Positions 28,062 to 39,700 of a DNA stretch of 64,000 nucleotides are shown piece after piece (positions within the stretch are counted from its first letter, which is position 1; each line of letters opens with the position of its first letter). Both the position numbers and the translations under genes were made by a program. This stretch comes from Eledone cirrhosa (Eukaryota): NCBI GenBank assembly GCA_964016885.1, contig OZ024748.1:21886001-21950000 (forward strand). The letters run 5' to 3'. Under the pieces are notes generated by a model, which saw nothing but the letters and a program-made list of their open reading frames with translations, ran no database searches and was not told where the DNA came from.

Positions 28062-28495
28062 GACTTCGAACTTTCAGCTGCGTTGCTTCACCAGACTTCG
28101 AACTTTCGACTGTTGTCTTTTCAGACTTTCGGCTGTGTTGTCTCTTCGGGGAGTAAAGTTTCGTTCGTGTTGTTTCTTCAGGGAGCAAAGATTCGACTGT
28201 ACTGTCTCTTCAGGAAGTAAAGTTTCGTTTTGTTGCCTCTTCAGTGAGAAAAGTTTCAACTGTTGCCTCTTCAGGGAACAAAGTTTCGGGTGTGCTGTCT
28301 CTCGAGGGAATAACATTTCGACTGTTGCCTCTTCAGGGAACAAAGTTTCGGGTGTGCTGTCTCTCGAGGGAATAACATTTCGACTGTTGCCTCTTCAGGG
28401 AGTAAAATTTCGACTGTTGCCTCTTCAGGGAGTAAAATTTTGACTGCGCAGTCTCTTCAAGAAGCAAAGTTTTGGAAGTGTTGTCTCTTCAGACT
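28062..28495 (-). repeat. Degenerate ~30-bp tandem array whose unit contains CTGAAGA-hairpin-GAAA
   Basis: Plus-strand unit tttcgactgttgcctcttcagggagtaaa, roughly 14-15 copies. Confidence 0.85.
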
Positions 28496-29431
28496 ACTAA
28501 GTTGCTATCTTAGTTTTAGGTTGTTAATATATTTCGTTCTATTAATTAAGCATGGTGTAATTATTGATCAGTAGGCGTTAATTTGTTTATATAATTACTG
28601 TGCACTTATAAGGGGGTGAGGTGTTGTTAGATTTCTAAATGCCTTAGGTTTTGATTTTTTTCTAAGTTGTTTACATGTAGTAATTAAATGTATGTGTGTG
28701 TTTGTGTGTGCGTGTGTACGTGTGAAAAAGGAAAATAATTGTATTTATTGGTTTTTAATTAAGTTGTATTGGTGGTGTTCGACCAAGCGTATGCTGAAGG
28801 AGTCCTAGGGTTGTTTATACTCTTTGGTCAATTTGCTTTTTGAAGCGTTGAAATGTTTTAATAGAAGTTACAGGAGGCCGGAGACAATAATTTGTATAGT
28901 GTAGGTGAGGGGAGGATGTAGTTCTGGGGAATGGGGAATTTCATTCATCCGGTTCAATATTTTTGTATGTTAGTGGGTAGTTGTAAAAACAGGTTACACA
29001 TTCTGGTGATTTGTTTTACATTTTGATGAATCAAGGTCATATCTGAAAATGTTTTCTTTTTATTATTTCAGTCAAGCAAGGGCGTTGGATTGGCAGTATC
29101 GGTAGAGCGTCGGACTACATTCTTTACAGTATAGAGTTACAGACCCTTACGTTCTGAGTTTAAATCCCGCCGAGATTAGCTTTGACTTTCATTCTTACAG
29201 AATCGATAAAATAAAGTACCAGTAATACACTGGAGTCGATTTAATAGACTTTCGCCTCCTCCAAATTGCTGGCCTTGTGCCTAAAGTAGAAACAATTATT
29301 ATTATTTTACACTTCACACACTGTTTCAAACAGGTGCACATAAACACAAATAAACATTTATGCATGCAAGTTTATACAGTGGACGCATACAAGACTAATG
29401 GATGTATAGCGAGAGTACTGGGTTGTATGAA

Positions 29432-29756
29432 TGTAACAAAATGAGACATGGTTTGTGTGTATAATATTTAATTAACAATGGTAGATAGTATAGTTGACAT
29501 GTCAAAGATGATAGAATGAAACAAAGTTAGTCGTTACCGTTTTGATTGCCAGGCAAACGCGGCTGGCAGAGGACGCCTGGCTAAGGCCAGCCAGGCGCCG
29601 GAAGGCCAAATGAGAGGCTCTTGGCCTGGTGCCGAAAGGGCAATGAGAGAGTGAGAACTTAAAGTTGTTAGTTTTATAGGGTTCTGACCGGAAGTTACAG
29701 AAAGGGTTCTACTTCCCGTCTAGATGTTAATCCAAACAAGGGAGACAACCGCTACA
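29432..29756 (-). mobile_element. Possible solo LTR
   Basis: Minus strand begins TGTAGC and ends GTTACA, with CTATAAAA and ATTAAA in the expected order and a GC-richer interior. No matching TSD was found. Confidence 0.35.
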
Positions 29757-30444
29757 GATGTGTTGAGTGTGTTTGTTCTTGAATTTATCTTTCGTGAACT
29801 TGATGTAATTCCTCTCATTAAGATCTTCAGATGATACCTTGGACGTAGTATGGTCAAATGGTTAAAACGTTTGCTTTGCTACCATTAAGTGTTAGGTTCA
29901 ATCCCCCTTCTTGGTATCTTGGACAAGTGTCACTTACGCTGGCCACGGGCTGAGTGAAACTGGGGAGATAGAAACTTAACTGTTAGCTGTTTTCTTCTTA
30001 TTGCTCGTGTGAACATTTTAGTTTTTCTACACCAACAAATATACAGTAACGTACATTATTCAATAATGTACATTTTCAGGGCATTGGATAAGCAGAATCT
30101 TTTGAGCGTCCGATAAAATATCATTGCGGTATTTGTTCTAGCTCTTTACTTTCTGAGTTCAAATCCCATCAAAGTTAACTTTACCTTTCGTCCACACGGG
30201 GTCGATATAATCAACTTTGTTTTCCCTCTAAATTTGCTGGCTTTTCTGCCTGAATTAGAAATCAATATGGTGGATTGGCAGTATCGGTAGAGGGTCGGAT
30301 GCCACGCTTTGCAGCAAAGAGTTACGGCCCTTGCCATTCTGAGTTCAAATCCCGCCGAGGTTAACTTTGCCTTTCATCCTTACGATAAAATAAAGTACCA
30401 GTAATGCACTGGGATAATTGTTGGCCTTGTGCCAAAAGTAGAAA

Positions 30445-31790
30445 CACCAACCTCATTTACAGGGAGTGATGGGTGCTTTTTATCCGTGGCGCCTACACGA
30501 CGACTTTACAGTGTGGGCTGGGGGCTGGGTTCTTTTTTTGTCGTGACACCTCCACGACTATTTTGCAGTGGGAGGGGGTGGGGGCATATTGTCTATATGC
30601 TTTGTATCCGTGGGAAGTCAGGTCTTCTGTATTACTGCGTGACGTCAGAGGTCACGTTCCTGTGTCATCGTCTTTGAGAGGTGCAATTGGGTAAGGTCGG
30701 CTTTAATTGCCCCATCCCAGGTCTTCTTGGGCCCCCCTCCACTCCAAAGCTTCCATCGACTTTTCTTTTTATGCAGCTGTCATCCTTCGTACGCATCACA
30801 TGTCCATACCAACACAATCTCCTCTCCTACACATAACATTAGATTCCTCTTATGCTTAGTCTCTTAATTTGTTTATACTTTGCCATTCGCGTATATTACT
30901 ATTACACATCTATCGGAGCATGTAAGCTTCGTTTCTTTCTAATCTACGGAAGTCTTCTACACAGCGTCCAGGTTTCACTACCATGTAACATTGCTGTTCG
31001 TACGCATGCATCATAGTCTGCCTTTCATTTTGAGGGAAAAGCCTTTTGCAGCTAGCAGTGACAGTAGCTCTTGAACATCTTTCATCCCATTCTTACTCTG
31101 GTTACTGTACTTTCAGAACACCCACCCCCGCTGCTAATTCGGTCACCTATATAGCTAAAGCTGTCTACTGTTTCTACAGAGCCCTCCCAGAGTTTGGTGG
31201 TGCTTGTTTTCTGTGGCTGTTTGCTGCTTGTTGTCCCGGTGGAGGACTTAGTCTTTATCAGATTGACTTTGAGACCCTGCTTCCATACAAGGTCATGATG
31301 CAAACACCCAATCTCAGGGCGGTACATGCCCCACCCTCTCGTTCTCCTACCTGCCCCCACTCATCACCTTAGCATAGTCCGATGAGAAAGGAGACCGGCA
31401 AATCATCATCATCATCATCATCATTTTACATCAGCTTTTCCCTGCTTGCAAGGGCGGGACGGGTCCTATTCAACATAGCATCTCTCCATTCGTCACAGAC
31501 CTTCATCATCTCCTCCGTGAGCTTCAGCGATCTGAGGTCAGCTCTCACCACTTCCGCCCATGATTTGTGTGGTCTTCTTTCCACTGGGATTTTTTTAGCA
31601 TTTCTTCACCCAGCGGTCATCCTCCATGCGTATCACATGTCCACACCAATGCAGTCTTCTCTCCCGCACATTACAGCTTATCCCTCTTATACACAGTTTC
31701 TCTCTCAACTCGTCTATGCACATTGACATTACACATCCAATGGAGCATGCTTGCTTCATTTCTCTCCAACCGTCGCCCATGTCTCACTAC
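30445..31790 (-). mobile_element. Two adjacent degenerate RTE LINE 3' fragments
   Basis: VETVDSFSYIGDRISSGGGCSES and [37 protein letters not shown]. (GAT)n tail at about 31403-31423. Homologous to 34432-36264 and 49790-53027. Confidence 0.85.
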
Positions 31791-31989
31791 CATATATATA
31801 TATATACAATCATAAGTTTGGTGCAGCCTCTAACAAACGTACTGTCCTGATCACTTATAAACATACCCCCCCCCCCCCCCCCCCCCCCCCCCTCACTACC
31901 ATAGCACAGACCAATGAAAAAGGAGAACTTCATCTTGGAAACCTAACCACATCACCCACACGCCAGTATCGCTGACTGGAAAATAATTA

Positions 31990-32268
31990 TCAATATTCAA
32001 TTTGTTTACAAGCAAATAGCCTCATTATCCCATGCGTTTTAAATTACTAATGTCATCCTTTTGTTCGAGTGGTAGCAGAGAAAAACAATCTACAATTGTT
32101 TCAGGGTTATTGCCCCTTATCAAGATTGTGTATTTCTCTTTTCTGCTATACCCTGGAACTCTTGAGATTGTTTTTCTCTCTGCTACTGCTGGAACAAAAG
32201 GATGATGTTAGCTGTCTAGAACACATGGCATAATTAGGTTGTTTGCTTGCAAATGAATTGAATATTAT
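31990..32268. mobile_element. Head-to-head inverted pair of a hammerhead-bearing Penelope-like LTR fragment
   Basis: 31990-32090 is the reverse complement of 32166-32268. A third copy lies at 32572-32748. Confidence 0.75.
32086..32128 (-). ncRNA. Minimal hammerhead ribozyme motif, U3-A8 core variant
   Basis: CAATC-TTGATAA-GGGG-CAATAA-CCCT-GAAA-CAATTG-TA^GATTG. Stem I CAATC/GATTG, stem II GGGG/CCCT, palindromic CAATTG stem III, GUA site. Confidence 0.7.
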
Positions 32269-32425
32269 TAACATAATTATATTATTATTATCATTCACTC
32301 ACAAATGAATTTATGTATCTGCAATGTTAGGGCAAAAACAAATTTTGCTTTTAATTTTTGGCAAAGCCAGCTGTAAAATCACTCGGTATGCAAATTAGGC
32401 TAATCAGCCGATGTAAACTTTAGAG

Positions 32426-32551
32426 CAGGTGTGTCAAACATGCAGTCCGCACAAACGTTTTTACAGCGCAGCATGTTTTATCTTCATAAAATTAGTTGTC
32501 ATGTCTGGCCCTCAGACAACACATATGTGACCCCTCAGTTTGACATGCCTG
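32426..32551. mobile_element. hAT (Charlie-like) MITE
   Basis: TIRs CAGGTGTGTCAAAC...GTTTGACATGCCTG and a perfect 8-bp TSD CTTTAGAG (32418-32425, 32552-32559). Confidence 0.9.
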
Positions 32552-32612
32552 CTTTAGAGAATACTATATATTCTCAAGAGTTCCAGGGTGTAGCAGAAGG
32601 GAGAGAAATACA

Positions 32613-32655
32613 CAGTCTTGATAAGGGGCAATAACCCTGAAACAATTGTAGATTG
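32613..32655 (+). ncRNA. Minimal hammerhead ribozyme motif, U3-A8 variant, second copy
   Basis: CAGTC-TTGATAA-GGGGCAATAACCCT-GAAA-CAATTG-TA^GATTG. The single stem I change gives a G-U pair. Confidence 0.68.
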
Positions 32656-32939
32656 TTATTCTCTCTACTATTGCTGGAACAAAAGGGTAACATTGTCATC
32701 TAGAACGCATGACGTATTGAGGCTGTTTGCTTGCAAATGAATCAAATAATAATTGTTTCTACTTTTGGCACAAGGCCAGCAATTACTCAGTACATTACTG
32801 GTACTTTATTTTATCGACCCCGTAAGGATGACCTCGGCGGGATTTGAACTCAGACCGTAAAGGGACGTAACTATGCTAGAATAATATCATAATTGACACA
32901 TGAATGCATTTACATATCTGCCATGTTAGAGCGAAAACG

Positions 32940-32994
<55 letters not shown>

Positions 32995-33459
32995 AAAAAA
33001 AAAATAATGGAGCTTCAACAATGTTTTCTACAATTTGTTTATTTGTCATTTCCTCCATGAAGTTCAGCAATTTTAGATCTGCTCTCCAAACCTCTGTCCA
33101 AGTTTTTCTTGGACTTTCCAAACTGAAGCTCCCTTCTACTAGGAGCTCATGAAACCTTTTCACGACACTGCCAATGGAGCTCTACTTCCTGCTTCTGGTG
33201 ATATGTGCACACAAAATGTTACTTATTCATGGTTGAGAACCAGGTCTGATGAATGTAAAAAGCATAACCATATGCTAGGGGGCCAACAGAGCTCTTGAAA
33301 GCCACACAGAAGTAACAACAAAACTTGTTACTATGTTGTGTCAGAAGTTTGAACATCTTAGCATCAACAAAATTATAATAAACTGCAAAGGCGTTCAGTA
33401 CACTCTGTAGAAGGAAGCAAATTTCAAATGGACAAATAAATGATGAAAACAAACTATAT

Positions 33460-33548
33460 TTTGGTTACATGTATTATTTTTATTGATATAAAAGAGAAAT
33501 TGGTCAGTTGCTGCTGAACTACTGGTTGGTGAAATTTTCTTCTTGTTC
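33460..33548 (-). other. DAD1: Probable non-coding terminal exon 3 of DAD1
   Basis: Strong acceptor tttttcattcttctttttatag| at 33549 and AATAAA at 33479-33484. Pairs with the donor TTG|GTGAGT at 36758. Confidence 0.6.
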
Positions 33549-34431
33549 CTATAAAAAGAAGAATGAAAAATATATTTAAATAGAAAAATTTTATTATAAT
33601 TTATTTGTAAATATTACACGAGAACATATGCATAGACAATAATGAAATTTTATTTTTCCATTTTTTCTGCTTTTTACTGTTTAATGAGAGAGAAGAGTAA
33701 GAGTTATGACTTTTCAGGGCCTCCAAGATGGCTGGAAGAGAAGGAAAAAGCTACCCTGAAACAGGAGACCTAGTTTAAATGCTTGCAACTAAGTATATGC
33801 TACTCAAGATACCCCTGTACTAGGTAGTGGTGGTAAACTGGGCAACAATTAAGTCTACCACCCAAGGAGACCATAGCAGTATTTGAACTCAGAACGTTAA
33901 GAGAAATATCATCTCATCTGGTGCTCAAATAATTCTGCTAGGATTGGTAACAATATTGTAACAATATTGTATTATGATGTATGTAATAGAATTACTAGAA
34001 TAAATATTGATCTTTAATAAAGTGATAAATCAAACTCTTGTTTCCTCTTTTTGATTTCCTGTTAAGTTTATTTTTTTTACTGGTTTCAGTTATTACTATG
34101 GCCTTGCTAGAGCACCATATATACACTTTTAATTATTATTGTCACATAAAACAAACAAACATTACTTATAAACATTAATTCTTTATAGTTTACCAAAATT
34201 ACACAATTACAATGATTATAATATTAAATCTAAACATTCTGTAATGATTTAGCAGAAAATATACAAAAATGGGTTTGTTATTTCAAACGTTTATAATATC
34301 TTTACTAATGGATATTGTTGCAAAATGTTGCTAAAGTAAAGACTTTAATTTTCAATGTGATGCAATAATAGTGCTGTTTTGTACTTTTCAAGAATGTCTT
34401 GTTAATGTGGTTTCATGTGGTACAGGATGTT

Positions 34432-36264
34432 AACAGTTAACATGCAGTTAACCAGGTAATACTAGAAGGTGTCATACCAAAAGATTGGTGCAGTAGCATC
34501 ATTGTCAACTGCTACAAAGGTAAAGGTGATGCACTAGATAGAGGAAACTATAGAGGTATAAAGCTGATGGACCAGGTCATGAAAGTAACAGAAAGAGTTA
34601 TAGCACAGTTGATTAGGGACCGGGTGAAAATAGACGAGATGCAATTTGAGTTTGTACCAGGAAGAGGCACCACTGATGCCCTCTTCCTTGTGAGGCAGCT
34701 ACAGGAAAAGTACCTAGCTAAAAGTAAGCCACTCTACTTGGCATTTGTTGACCTTGAGAAAGCCTTTGACAGAGTTCCACGTGCTGTAATCTGGTGGGCT
34801 CTTAGAAAACTAGGAGTAGATGAATGGCTTGTGAAAGCGGTACAAGCCATGTATAGGGGAGCAGTCAGCAAAGTTAGGATTAGCAATGAGTATAGCGAGG
34901 AATTTAGCGTACAGGTTGGGGTCCACCAGGGCTCTGTTCTTAGCCCCCTCCTGTTCATCATAGTCCTGCAGGCAATAACGGAGGAGTTTAAGACCGGATG
35001 CCCATGGGAACTCCTGTATGCTGATGACCTCGCACTTATAGCTGAATCTATGGTAGAACTAGAGAAGAAATTCCAAACTTGGAAGCAGGGACTAGAAAGA
35101 AAGGGTCTCAAAGTCAACATGACAAAGACTAAGGTCCTTGTAAGTAGACGAGAAAACAGAACCCAGATCCCCTCAGCGAAATGGCCTTGCTCAGTATGTA
35201 GGAAAGGTGTAGGTAGGAACTCCATTCTCTGCCCCAAATGCAAACAGTGGGTACACAAGAGATGTAGCGGGATCTCAGGAAGCTTAATTAAGAATGTAAG
35301 CTTCACATGCAGCAGCAAACAGCCACAGGAAACAAGTACCACCAATCTCTGGGAGGGCTCTGTAGAAACAGTAGACAGCTTCTGCTACCTAGGTGACCGA
35401 ATTAGCAGCGGAGGTGGGTGTTCAGAAAGTACAATAACTAGGGTAAGAACGGGATGAAAGAAGTTTAGGGAACTACTACCACTGCTAGCTGCAAAAGGCT
35501 TCTCCCTCAGAATGAAAGGCAGACTGTATGATGCGTGTATCCGAACAGCGATGTTGCATGGTAGTGAGACCTGGGCGCTGAAGGTGGAAGACTTACGTAG
35601 ATTAGAGAGAAACGAAGTCTGCATGCTCCGATGGATGTGTAACAGTAATATACGTGAACGACAAAGCATAAATGAATTGAGAGAGAGACTGAGCATAAGA
35701 GGAATCAAATGCTGTGTGCAGGAGAAGCGGTTGCGCTGGTATGGACATGTGATGCATATGAAGGATGACAGCTGCATAAAAAGGTGCAGAGCACTAGAAG
35801 TCGATGGAAACCGCGTAGTGGGGAGACCCAAGATGACCTGGGATGAGGTGATAAAAGCCGACCTTACCCAATTACATCTCTCAAAGCCAATGACACACGA
35901 CCGTGACCTCTGGCGTCACGCAGTAATACAGAGTACCCGACCTCCCATGGGTACAAGCTGAAGCATATAGACAATATGCCCCCACATTCCCCACCGCAAG
36001 GTGGTCGTGGAGGTGCCACGGCAAAAAAGCACCCAGCCCACACTGTAAAGTGGACGTGTAGGCGCCACGAAAAAGCACCCAGCACTCACTGTAAATGAGG
36101 TTGGTGTTAGGAAGGGCATCCAGCTGTAGAAATCAAGCCAAATCAGTTCCTGTATGAGCAAGGCATGGTCAGCCGACCAGACACTGCCCACAACAGGAAA
36201 ACCCGTCTAACCCATGCTAGCGTGGAAGAACGGACGTAAAACGGTAATGATGATGATGATGATG
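34432..36264 (+). mobile_element. 5'-truncated RTE-clade LINE, antisense in DAD1 intron 2
   Basis: RT motifs [27 protein letters not shown]. ORFs 34567-35457 and 35512-35961 are in one frame, separated by a single TGG>TGA. Cys-rich PHD-like insert. (GAT)n tail. Confidence 0.93.
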
Positions 36265-36779
36265 CAGATTCCATTCTATATTAATCTGGTGCCAATTAAC
36301 AATAGAAGAAATAATAGAGTTTGGGATATTTCTACAAAATCTAGTTTAAGGGGGCTTGAAAAAGATATGGACACTACTCCTACAAAACAATTAGCTAAAT
36401 TATTATTTTAAAAAAAGGTCCTGGTGTACCAACAAAAATGATTTTCATAAAAAAATGAAATTTATGTATAATAACAATGACAATAATAATTCTAAATCTT
36501 CTAAGCATTGGTACACGACCGGCAGTTTAGGGGAAGGGGAAAGTTGATTATATTGTCCCCTCCTCTAGTAGTTAACTGGTACTTTATTTTATCAACCCTA
36601 GAAGGATGAAAGGCAAAGTTGACATTAGCAGAATTTGAACTCAGAATGTAGAAAGTCATAACTAAATACCACAAAGCATTTTGTCAATCCGTCACCCTAA
36701 TAATAATATACGAGTAAATACAGTTCCATAAATTCCTGTCAGCAAAAGATTTACTCACCAACAAGAAGGAAATTAAAGC

Positions 36780-39700
36780 TCAACCAATAAAATTCATGAC
36801 GACCAAATGAAGAATGATATTAGCAAATGTAAAATCTGCAAATGCTCTTTCAGGACTGATACTTGTGAAATCTGATTTATTTTGAGGATTTACTTGCAGT
36901 CGAAGACACACTGAAAAGAAAGAAGAATATTTAAGATATTTCCAAATATTGAAGCAGAGAAAAAACAAAATCTACATTCGTATCATCATCATCATCATTT
37001 TACGTCCGCTTTTCCTGCTTGCAAGGGTGGGACGGGTCTTATTCAGCACAGCATCTCTCCACTCGTCACGGTCCTTCGTCATCTCTACCGTGAGCTTCAA
37101 TGATCTGAGGTCTGTTCTCACCACCTCTGCCCATGTTTTTCGTGGTTTACCTCTATCACGTCTTCCTTCAACTGGCATTTCCTGGCACTTCTTCACCCAT
37201 CGGTCATCCTCCACATGTCCATACCACCTCAGTCTCCTCTCCCGTACACTACATTCTATCCCTCTCAGGCACAGTTTCTCTCTCAACACATTTATGCTGG
37301 GTCGTTCACGCACATCCAACGGAGCATGCTTGCATCATTTCTCTCCAGCCGTCGCATATCCTCTGCAGTTGCTGCCCATGTCTCACTACCATGCAGCATC
37401 GCGCTCCTCACACAGGCATCATACAATCGGCCTTTCGTACGCAGGGAGATACCCTTCTTCGTCATATTTGTCATGCTGTCATGAGTTGGACAGGTTGTCA
37501 TGCTGTCATGAGTTGGACAGGTTATCATGCTGTAAGACACAACAGGTTGAATTACCATGTCTTATGTTTTTGCATGGTTTCTATATCTAGATGCTCTTCC
37601 TAATGCCAACCACTTTACAGAGAGTATTGAGTGCATTTCATTGTAGCATAAGGACTACCACTTTACAGGATGTACTGGGTGCATTGAATTCTGCAAGATT
37701 GAAGGGTCTCCACTACCCAAGACTGTCTCTGGATGACAACCACTTTACAGAATGTATTGAGTCTATTTTATTGTGGCATTATTACTAGGGAGTTTAGCAA
37801 GACCTTGGCAAGACCAAAGGGATCCTCTATACTCTATGTAGTTTCATTTCATTTATCATCCAGTTTTTACAGGGGATACAGAATGCATTACATTGTGCCA
37901 CCTAAACAAGTGATGTTATCCAGTATATTGTAATCTCCGATCTTTCACTATATTTTCTAGCACGGCAAGTTCCCAGTCATCTCACAAGGTTGAGTTTGTT
38001 GTTGAAAAATAAAGCCAATGTTTCATAATAGAATGTTGTAGTTTGCTTGAAGCATTGTATATAGTATATAATGTAGAAAATGATATGTTTAAGAAGGCTA
38101 AGACAATGCGAAATAGATAGTAAAGTGAAGGCAACAAAAAAGTTTGTTAACTGGTATTTGCTATACATATATCATTAAATGAGACAAAACAAAATTTGCT
38201 TCAATATCTATACAGCATTTGGTTCCTGTAATAATTTGGTAATGTAACAGAATGATAAATCATTTATTATTTTAGTTTAATAGTATTTTATTAACAGAGT
38301 GAACCTCTGTTGGTTTTGACAATGAGTGTATCAATGGGACAGCCTGCTCATGAAATTAACCTATAAGTGGCTGAGCATTCCACAGGCATGTGTATCCTTA
38401 AAACAATTTCCTTGATATGTGTAGTAATTATGTTTTCATGTTGTTGAAGAAGACTAGAATGTCTGTTTTTCCATAGGAGAATGGTTGGTTTTAAGATTTC
38501 TATCCATGTGATACAAGCAAGCATGAAAAATCGCAGCAGAGACAGTAAAGGCGTCCAAAGTGTTCTGGCAGACCATATGCCGACTTCGTAATAAGAAGCC
38601 CTCCTCCACACCTGCTATCAAGAATGTGCCTGGGATACTCCTCTCTTCAGAGAGGTGCATCCTCGCGAGGATGAGAGAATACTTTGCTGATCTCCTAAAT
38701 CCGATCACAACATCTGATAAATACGAGATGCATCTGGGAGTATGACTAAGCTCTCAGAGGCTGAGGTCATAAGAGCTCAAATGTGGCAAGGCTGCTGGGG
38801 AAGATGAAATCCAGCCTGAGATGTTAAAAGCCTTAAATAGTGAAGGTATTTTCTGGCTTACTTGTGTAAGTTTGACCTGAATCTCTGGAAAGGCAACTAA
38901 GCAATGGCAATTGGGAGTGGTAATCCCAATTTTCAAAAAGGGAAACAAGAAAGATTGTTCCAACTACAGAGGGATCTCCTTGTTAAGCCTCCTTGGTAAA
39001 GTCTATGCTAAGTGTCTAGCAAAGAGATGCAGGGAGACAGTCATGTTCAAGCTAGCTGATGAACAGTGTGGTTTTCGCCACAGATGCAGCACAGCTGACC
39101 AAATACTCACACTGTGACAGGTGTTCCAGAAATTGGGGGAGTATTGCCAAGAGGTATATTCTTGTTTTGTCAACCTCGAAAAGGCATATGACTGCACTCC
39201 TCAGGGCCTGCTGTAAAATTTCTGCAGGAATATGGGATCAATGGTCAGCTTCTTGCTGCCTCGATACATCTATACAAATGCCCAAGTATTTGTGTTTGGA
39301 TAAAGGGTGCTAAATCAAAACCATTTAATGTGGGAGTCAGACTACGCCAAGGGTGCATACTGTCACCTCTTCTGTTCATTATTTACATCAACAGGATTGG
39401 CATGCGCAACTGGGTTGGAAGTGGTACCATCACTGGCGGGTGTAAAATCAGTTGGCTGGAATTTGCAGACGACTTGGTGTTACTTAACTTGACAGAAGGT
39501 GATCTCTGACTTGCACTTGATAGGTTTGATGCTGAGTGCTGCATGGCTGAAATGAAAATCAGTGCTGCGAAAACTGAGACACTCATCTTCTCAAGGAAGT
39601 CTGCAGTAAATGGAGTTTCACTGAAGCAGGTAGAGAAGTTCGTATATCAGGGCCGTGTTCACAAGTGATGGACGGCAGGAGGCTGAATTAAGTGCAAGAA

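Noticed and set aside
28074-28443. Repeat-protein ORFs (LLPLQGVKFR-type)
   Set aside because: They arise from the 30-bp tandem array. Unit lengths vary and shift the frame, and there is no splice or start context.
35455-35457. Programmed readthrough or selenocysteine at the in-frame TGA of the RTE
   Set aside because: Sister copies have TGG (GWKKF), so this is a simple nonsense mutation.
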